Shown here: positions 57,054 to 64,000 of the stretch, in pieces
How the letters are laid out: every line of letters begins with the position of its first letter
Numbering within the stretch: the first letter of the stretch is position 1
Source of the DNA: Octopus vulgaris
Taxonomy: Eukaryota
Length of the DNA stretch: 64,000 nucleotides
Direction: 5' to 3'
Assembly: GCA_951406725.2 (NCBI GenBank)
Contig: OX597826.1
Location: 55,800,001-55,864,000 of the forward strand
Translations under genes and position numbers: made by a program
Notes under the pieces: model-generated
The model's input: the letters and a program-made list of their open reading frames with translations, nothing else
What the model was told of the DNA's origin: nothing
Database searches by the model: none

Positions 57054-58309
57054 CAGAGCCATTGATCTGAAAACCAGAAAAATACTAACAAGCACACACA
57101 ATCTCCATATGAACAGTGACGTAAATCGCCTCTACTTAAAACGAAAACAAGGCGGCAGAGGCTTAACATCGATCAAAAATGCCTTTGAATGTCGCATCAT
57201 ATCCCTTCGGCAACATCTTTTAAACACCAAGTGTCGAAGTGCATCCCTTGACCAAGTTTACATACATGAGGCTGATAACATCATAAGACTAGGAAGGCAG
57301 CTCCTTGAGCAACACTCTTTGTCTGATAACCTAGAACACATGCCCAAAGAAGTCGCACGACTCTACCGCAATGTGTCATCAGACGAAAAGATGATCCAAA
57401 ATGAGCAGAATCCTATACATGGGTATGTTAGTAGAAAGCTCTATGATGATAGTAACATCGATCATCAAAACAGTTTATCACGGACCAATAGCCGGATTAC
57501 TACCTCCCACTTTGAAGGGTATTCGTTTGCATTCCAGGAGCAGGAAATATCAACCAAGTGCTTGATGCACAAAAGGGATATAGATGCAGGAAAAGCCGTG
57601 AAATGTGACGACCGATGCAGACTTTGTGGAGTTCACACTAAAGATATCACACACATCATAAGCAGTTGTCCGAAAATGTTATCACTGAGGAAACATGACG
57701 TCGCTAGGGTACTCTATAATGACATCCGTCGGAAGGATAATCCCGTGGACAACGAAATAAGAACCCACAATATGGTAGAAGCCATAGCTACTCATAATAA
57801 AAAGGAATACTGGTGAAATGTACCAGTGAAGACCTCAATAAAATATAAGCACAACAGACCTGATATAATGATTTGGGATGGAGAGGGGAAGCCGTCAACG
57901 TTTGGAGAAATTACCTGCCCAGCAAATGTTAATATAAAGCTGAAAAAGAGAAAGCCTGTGTTGAACTATTGAGAAATCTGCAATTACTCTAACCAGATTA
58001 CAAGTTCGGGTTTATACATGTAATTATTGGGGCCCTGGGATATAAAACACACTGCCTAAATACCAATCTTCAGAAATTAGGCTTCTCGAAACCAGAAAGG
58101 AGAAAGCTAATCCGAAGAGTATAGATCCAATCCATCACTGGAACTGTAAAAATCTGGAAAACTTTCCAGAAGTTTATCATTTAAATATGTATAAACATGA
58201 CAAGATATGCAACTATAGGCATGAGAATACATATATAAAGCAAAACATACAAATCTGCACATACATACATACATACATACATACATACATACATACATAC
58301 ATACATACA

Positions 58310-58342
<33 letters not shown>

Positions 58343-58454
58343 GCAAGCAAAAATAACCTGTTGTTGATTGTGAAATTCCAGTGAAGGAGCCTTGGATCTA
58401 GGTTAGAAACTGCTTCTTTCTCTGCAAGAAATCTTGAAATAAACTGAATAATGA
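57054..58454 (+). mobile_element. R4/Dong-clade non-LTR retrotransposon (RLE type), 5'-truncated copy 1, in (TACA)n
   Basis: IDLKTRKILT..H.NSDVNRLYLKRKQGGRGL (post-RT thumb region), CCHC knuckle CRLC..DITHIISSC, KHD, and after an in-frame stop the RLE motif HNRPDIMIWD. The 3' UTR has internal (TACA)n and a terminal segment of about 108 bp. Confidence 0.9.
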
Positions 58455-58591
58455 CATACATACATACACACACACATACATACATACATACATGCATACA
58501 TACATACATACATACATACATACATACATACATACATACATACATACATACATACATACATACATACATGCATACATACATACATACATAC

Positions 58592-59655
58592 ATAAAGCTG
58601 AAGATCAGTGAAAAAGAGAATACCTACGCTGAACTATTGGGAAATCTACAGTTACTCTATCCAAATTACAAGTTCAGGTTTATACCTGTAATTATTGAGG
58701 CACTGGGGCATGTAACACACTGCTGAAATACCAAACTCGAGAAATTGTGCTTCTCAAACCCAGAAAGGAGAAAACTGATTCAAAAACTACAGATCCAATC
58801 CATCACTGGAACTGTAAAAATTTGTACAACTTTCCATCATTTAAGTATATATGAGCATGTCGAGGTATGCAAATATAAGCATGAGAAGACATGCATAAAA
58901 CAAAACTTACAAATCTGCACACATACATACATACATACATACATACATACATACATACATACATACATACATGCATGCATACATACATACATAAATACAT
59001 ACATACATGCATACATACATACATACATACATACATACATACATACATACATACATACATACATACATACATACATGCATACATACATATAATAATAATA
59101 GCTGCACCCTCGTTACACGAGAAAAGCCATTGCCAAGAAGACTTACTGAAATTATTCATTGTTGTTGCTATTTGATACCCTTATATGACTTTTAAGCCTA
59201 GCCAAGCTTTTACACAATTGTGCTGGCTGGTAGGAGAAACAGGTGCCACCATATGCACTCTCTTAACATGTCTTTTTAGACCTCCAACTGAGAGGCACAC
59301 CCTTTCACGTTTTACACATGTTCTGTTGTGAATTTTAAAAACCACATCGTTGTTTATCAAGGATAGATTTCTGTGAAATTTCTGATGGCTCACCAGGCCT
59401 GCACGACTCAAACACCTCTTCCCACAAACCGCACACACACAAAAAGCAACATACATACATACAAAAATACATACATACATACATACATACATACATACAT
59501 ACATACATACATACATACATACATACATACATACATACATACATGCAAAAATACCGTTGTTGATGTCGAAATTCCAATGGAGTAGCCTTGGATATAGATT
59601 AGAAACTGGCTCTTTCTATATTGGTAAGAAATCTTGAAATAAAACTGAATAATGA
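58592..59655 (+). mobile_element. R4/Dong-clade copy 2, more 5'-truncated, head-to-tail with copy 1
   Basis: KLKISEKENTYAELL..FIPVIIEALG (RLE C-terminus); same 3' UTR, internal (TACA)n and terminal segment (59545-59655). Confidence 0.88.
59091..59450 (-). mobile_element. RTE-type LINE 3' fragment nested in copy 2
   Basis: Minus-strand CAVCGKRCLSRAGLVSHQKFH plus a second degenerate finger (RVCLSVGGLKRHVKRVH), typical of RTE C-termini; (TAT)n tail. Confidence 0.7.
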
Positions 59656-60409
59656 CATACATACATGCATACATACATATATATGTTCATATGCATACAC
59701 ATATAAATACGTACATTTATAGATGCGTGTGTGTGAAAATATACGGTATTTATACGTATCCCCTAAACATTAGCAATATCGATGCCTAATTCTTTCATAA
59801 AACCACCATGTTCATCAGTATCAACGCAGCTTATGCTTAAACGCGTAACTCTAAGTAGCTTAAAAGGGAATATATAAGTCATCATAGATTATAAGCAAGT
59901 CTATCTATCACCATTAAATTTGCTATTGAAACAATCAATTTCAGCATTATATGAAAATAAACATCGTGTGTTTTATTGAACTAATTTTACTGCATATGCC
60001 ATGAAGTAGATCTATATTCATTAATAATTAGGTTGAATGCAGCATCGTGAATAAAATCCAGTGGCAACATACACTACATATCAACAGTTTAATTTTAGTT
60101 TCCTCTATAATCTTGAAGGGGAATCTACATAATAGTATTAGCAGAAACATTTATTTCTTCTTTGCCGTATTAGCCTTTTTTCTTTACATTATGTATGGAT
60201 TCACCAGGACACATCAGCAATGGTATTCATGAAGTCAGCAGGTCTTTCCAAGTCAGTTACCTTTTCCCAGAAGACCCAGGAAACCCAGAGGAGCCATGCG
60301 ACCCACGCGATCAAGCCGGGATACACGAAGCCCTAACTTGTGTACATTTAGGATTGTCTTTCCTGGGCTCGTAATGATAATTTGTTTCTTCTTTTCAGCA
60401 TACACTTAA

Positions 60410-60660
60410 TTATTCTTTTACATGTTTCAGTTATTAGACTACAGCTATGCTGGGGTACCGCGTCAAAGAATTTTAATCAAAAGAATAAACCCCACAGTAC
60501 CTATGCATTTTTTAAACCTGGTACTTATTCTATCGAACTCTTTTACCGAACTGCTCTCATACGGGGACGTAAACATACCAACACCGGGTGTTGAGTGGTG
60601 AAAGTGGACTGACATAAATGCACACACAAACAGATACACACACACACATACATACATACA

Positions 60661-60691
<31 letters not shown>

Positions 60692-60875
60692 GTATATATA
60701 TATATACATACATATATACATATATACATACATACACACACACACACATATATATATATACACACACACACACGACGTGCTTTCAGTTTCCGCTTACAAA
60801 ATTCATTCACAAGACTTTGGTCAGTCCGATGCTATTATGGAAGACACCTGCCCAAGGGGCCCTGCAGTGGGGCTG
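60410..60875 (-). mobile_element. SINE family A, diverged
   Basis: Body plus internal (TACA)/(CA)/(TA) tract. Confidence 0.8.
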
Positions 60876-60975
60876 CATACGCCTAATTACCTTATAGTCT
60901 TTGATTCTGTTGGAGTTCTATAACCTCATTTCTTTTTGTCTTGTTTTTTTGTTTGCTTATGATTTTATTTTCCAG

Positions 60976-60984
60976 ATATCTCCA
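60976..60984 (+). other. Candidate 9-nt microexon ATATCTCCA
   Basis: Long pyrimidine tract containing TGC, TTTTCCAG | ATATCTCCA | GTAAGT. Confidence 0.4.
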
Positions 60985-61480
60985 GTAAGTAGATACGATC
61001 CGCTAAACTCCTCTTGTATCTATAGTCTGCAAACTGCAACAATACACAAATAATGTTGACACGATCAAACGACTTAATGAATGAATCACTATATGCGTTA
61101 TAATGAACTTTTACATAACTTTCAGTTAAGGTGGGCGTGAAATGCCGATGGTTATTGACATTTTTTTCCAGCCACGCCTAGTCATCTCCTCCTCATCCTT
61201 CCTTTCTAACAATGTAATAAAGCGCAAACATATTAATCAATGAATATACTGGGGCCACATCTATTTTCTTTAGACCCAACAAGTAAAAACAGGAATATTT
61301 TACAATCGGAAATAACGCTTCCGGTTGTTGGGAAATTTATATTCATAGTTGTTCTTGTTGCTGTGGTGGTATCGGTGTCACTAACAGTCTAGTTATAGGG
61401 GTTTTTTTTTTCATTTAATTTCTTGGTGTTGTTATTCTTGTTGTTTTTGATAATCCAGTTCTTATTTTTATTGACGTTGA

Positions 61481-62015
61481 AAGGCAGGAAGCTGGCAGAA
61501 TCGTTTAGCACGCTAGGCAAAGTGCTTAGCGGCATTTCATCCGTCTGTATGCTCTGACTCCAAATTCCGCTGAGGCCGCCTTTGCTTTTCATCCTTTCAG
61601 GATCGATCTTTAAAAAAAGGGCAGCGAACTAGCATAACTGTCAGCACGCAAAGGAAAAATACTTAGCGGTAGTTCGTCCGTCCTTACATTCTAAGTTAAA
61701 ATTCCACCGAGGACGACTTTGCCTTTCATCCTTTCGGGGTCGATTAAATAAGTACCAGTTACGTACTGGGATCGATATAACCGACTTAATCCATTTGTCT
61801 GTCCTTGTTTGTCCTCTCTGTGTTTAGCCCCTTGTGGGTAGTAAAGAAATAGGTATTTCGTCCGTCCTTACGCTCTAAGTTCAAATTCCACCGAGGTCGA
61901 CTTTGTCCTTCATCCTTTCAGGAACGATGAAATAAGTATTAGCTACGTACTGGGGTAGGTGTAATCGACTAGCCACTTCCCCCGAAGTTTCAGGCCTTGC
62001 GCCTATAATAGAAAG
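61481..62015 (+). mobile_element. Family B cluster (truncated monomer plus dimer)
   Basis: Heads near 61481 and 61619; Meta-like units. Confidence 0.85.
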
Positions 62016-62056
62016 ACTTCTTGTTGACATTCTTAATGTTGCTGGTATTCATTATG

Positions 62057-62105
62057 GGCCCCTACGCAAGGATGACACGCAAATTCGTGAAGCGTTCCAT
62101 ATTTT
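62057..62105 (+). pseudogene. RNU6: U6 snRNA 3'-half retrocopy (equivalent to nt 58-106)
   Basis: GGCCCCTACGCAAGGATGACACGCAAATTCGTGAAGCGTTCCATATTTT matches the conserved metazoan U6 3' half at 48 of 49 positions (reference recalled from memory). No 5' half and no ACAGAGA box. Confidence 0.95.
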
Positions 62106-62109
62106 CTAT

Positions 62110-62448
62110 GAAGGCGCATGGCCCAGTGGTTAGAGCGTCGATCTTATGACCATGAGATTGCGAGTTCGAATCCCGGACCGGGCTGCGAGTTGTGTTCTTG
62201 AGCAAGACTCTTTATTTCACGTTGCTCCAGTTGACTCAGCTGTAGAAATGAGTTGCGACGTGTTACTGGTGCCAAGCTGTATCTGTCTTTGCCTTTCCCT
62301 TGGATAACATCGGTGGCGAGGAGAGGCCGGTATGCATGAGCGATTGCTGGTCTTCCATAAACAACCTTTCCCGGACTTGTGCCTAGGAGGGTGTCTTTCT
62401 AAGTGCAATCCCATGGTCATTCGTGACCGAAGGGGGTCACCGACTTCG
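62110..62448 (+). mobile_element. SINE family C (tail type 4) fused downstream of the U6 fragment
   Basis: Head GAAGGCGCATGGCCCAGTGGTTAGAGC..GAGTTCGAATCC; CORE-like TTCTTGAGCAAGACTCTT..CTCAGCTGTAGAAATGAG. Confidence 0.9.
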
Positions 62449-62996
62449 ATTCATTATGTTGCTGTTGTTGTTGTTGCTGCTGCTATGTTAATGTTGTCCC
62501 AATCTGTCTAAATCGAGTAAACCTATAATGAAACTTTTTTCCAGATATGACCTTCACGTATGTCTTTTTTTTTTATCCTAAACACATTATTTATTATTCA
62601 ATCTAAAGGCGATAAACAGGACATCATTAGAAACAGATTTAGCTTCAACTTCTTGCAGCTGAAACAACCACGTCGAACTATCGTCCTTGGTTCACTTCTA
62701 CCATTTTACTGTTGTACTTTAATCTGAAGTCACCTCTGCTTGAGCAGCCCTATAATCATAGAAAACCTGGTCATGCACATTGCGACGGAGCCACCAACTA
62801 CCTTATCGATTAATTCTTAAATTTGTCGGTGTGATTTGGGGTACTTGATCAGGATGGTCACGAATTGGATGTATAAAAACCTTCGTCATTGGTTCATCTC
62901 CAGGTATTTGCAGTCGTTACCCATATTTCTATCGTTGTGACTTCAACTGCGGGTCAGCCCCAATCAAGTAGATCTTTGTATATAAAAATAACGAAT

Positions 62997-63375
62997 AGGC
63001 GCAAGCATGGCTGTGTGGTTAAGAAGCTTCCTTTGCAGCCATAAGCTTCTGGGTTCAGTCCCACTCTGCGGAAACTTGAGCAAGTGTCTTCTACTATAGC
63101 CCTGGGCTGACCAATGCCTTGTAAGTGAATTCAGTAGACAGAAAACGTGCGGAAGCCCGTCGTATGTGTATGGAAGTGACGTGTGTATATGTGTTTGCGT
63201 CGCTTGACAACCGGTGTTGGTTTGCTTACGTTCCTGTAACTTAGCGGTTCAGCAAATGCTTATGGAAGAAAAAGTAGCAAGCTTTAAAATAATTTCTAAG
63301 ATTAGACTCTTCAAGGCGTTGCCTCAGCATGGCCTCAGTCCAATGAATGAAACTGGTAAAATATAAAAGATAAAG
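62997..63375 (+). mobile_element. SINE family A, diverged, short internal tract
   Basis: GGCGCAAGCATGGCTGTGTGGTTAAG head. Confidence 0.82.
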
Positions 63376-63607
63376 AAGAAAGAGTCATAGCCTCTTGAGC
63401 GTCATCCAACCTTTGTTTCAGTCATAGTATACCTTGGACTATACCTAGAAATGAACAATATTTTATTTCTATTTTTGTTGTTCCTTGTTCTATACCAATT
63501 CTGCCTTAGCAATCCATTCATAAAAAGAACTAGATTTTAGCTGTGATCATTTCACTTCGGTTTCAGCCATTGTCTGCCTAGGCGTCCACATTTTCATAGG
63601 AACATAT

Positions 63608-63825
63608 TCTTTACTCTCATTTACACTTTTACTTGTTTCAGTCACCTCACTGTGGCCATGCTGGAGCACCGCCTGTAGTGGAGCAAATCGACCCCAGGAC
63701 TTATTCTTTGTAAGACTAGTACTTATTCTATCAGTCTCTTTTTGCCGAACCGATAAGTTACGAGGACGTAAACACACCAGCATTGGGTGTCAAGCGATGT
63801 TGGGGGGACAAACACAGACACAAAA

Positions 63826-63858
<33 letters not shown>

Positions 63859-63965
63859 CATATATATATACATATATATACGACGGACTTCTTTTAGTTT
63901 CCGTCCGCCAAATCTACTCACAAGGCTTTGATCGGCCCGAGGGTTTAGTAGAAGACACTTGCCCA
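63608..63965 (-). mobile_element. SINE family A, 5'-truncated
   Basis: Consensus tail, internal tract and part of the CORE-like block. Confidence 0.88.
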
Positions 63966-64000
63966 CTTACGTAGCAGAAAAAATTTAGAAATATTCTGTT

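Noticed and set aside
59181-59540. C2H2 zinc-finger host gene
   Set aside because: The CxxCxxxCxSxxGLxSH pattern, (TAT)n tail and nesting in a LINE microsatellite fit an RTE 3' end; there are no TGEKP linkers.
62057-62105. Functional U6 gene
   Set aside because: The 5' 57 nt including ACAGAGA are missing, and no TATA/PSE promoter is visible upstream.
62110-62182. tRNA gene call for SINE heads (also 11783, 13367, 16357, 25338, 25919)
   Set aside because: A and B boxes are present, but the sequence continues into SINE body with no proper acceptor stem or terminator.

Overview
Eukaryotic, AT-rich, repeat-dense genomic DNA, probably intronic or intergenic octopus (cephalopod) sequence; the species is inferred from the tRNA-derived CORE-like and Meta-domain SINE families and the very heavy microsatellite load. 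Almost all ORFs in the supplied track are translated (TA)n, (CA)n, (TACA)n, (TAGA)n or triplet microsatellites, or SINE bodies, and are not genes. Supportable content: (1) dozens of copies of at least four SINE families (labelled A-D here); (2) two head-to-tail 5'-truncated R4/Dong-clade RLE LINE copies sitting in (TACA)n tracts, each with an internal (TACA)n in its 3' UTR and the second with a nested RTE-type fragment; (3) a decayed Tc1/mariner transposase; (4) two Penelope-type minimal hammerhead ribozyme motifs, one inside an inverted-repeat element that also holds a 103-bp-arm hairpin; (5) a 5'-truncated U6 snRNA piece fused to a SINE inside one 10-bp target-site duplication; (6) two long-range inverted duplications and two cryptic minisatellites; (7) several low-confidence exon and microexon candidates. 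No host gene could be named.
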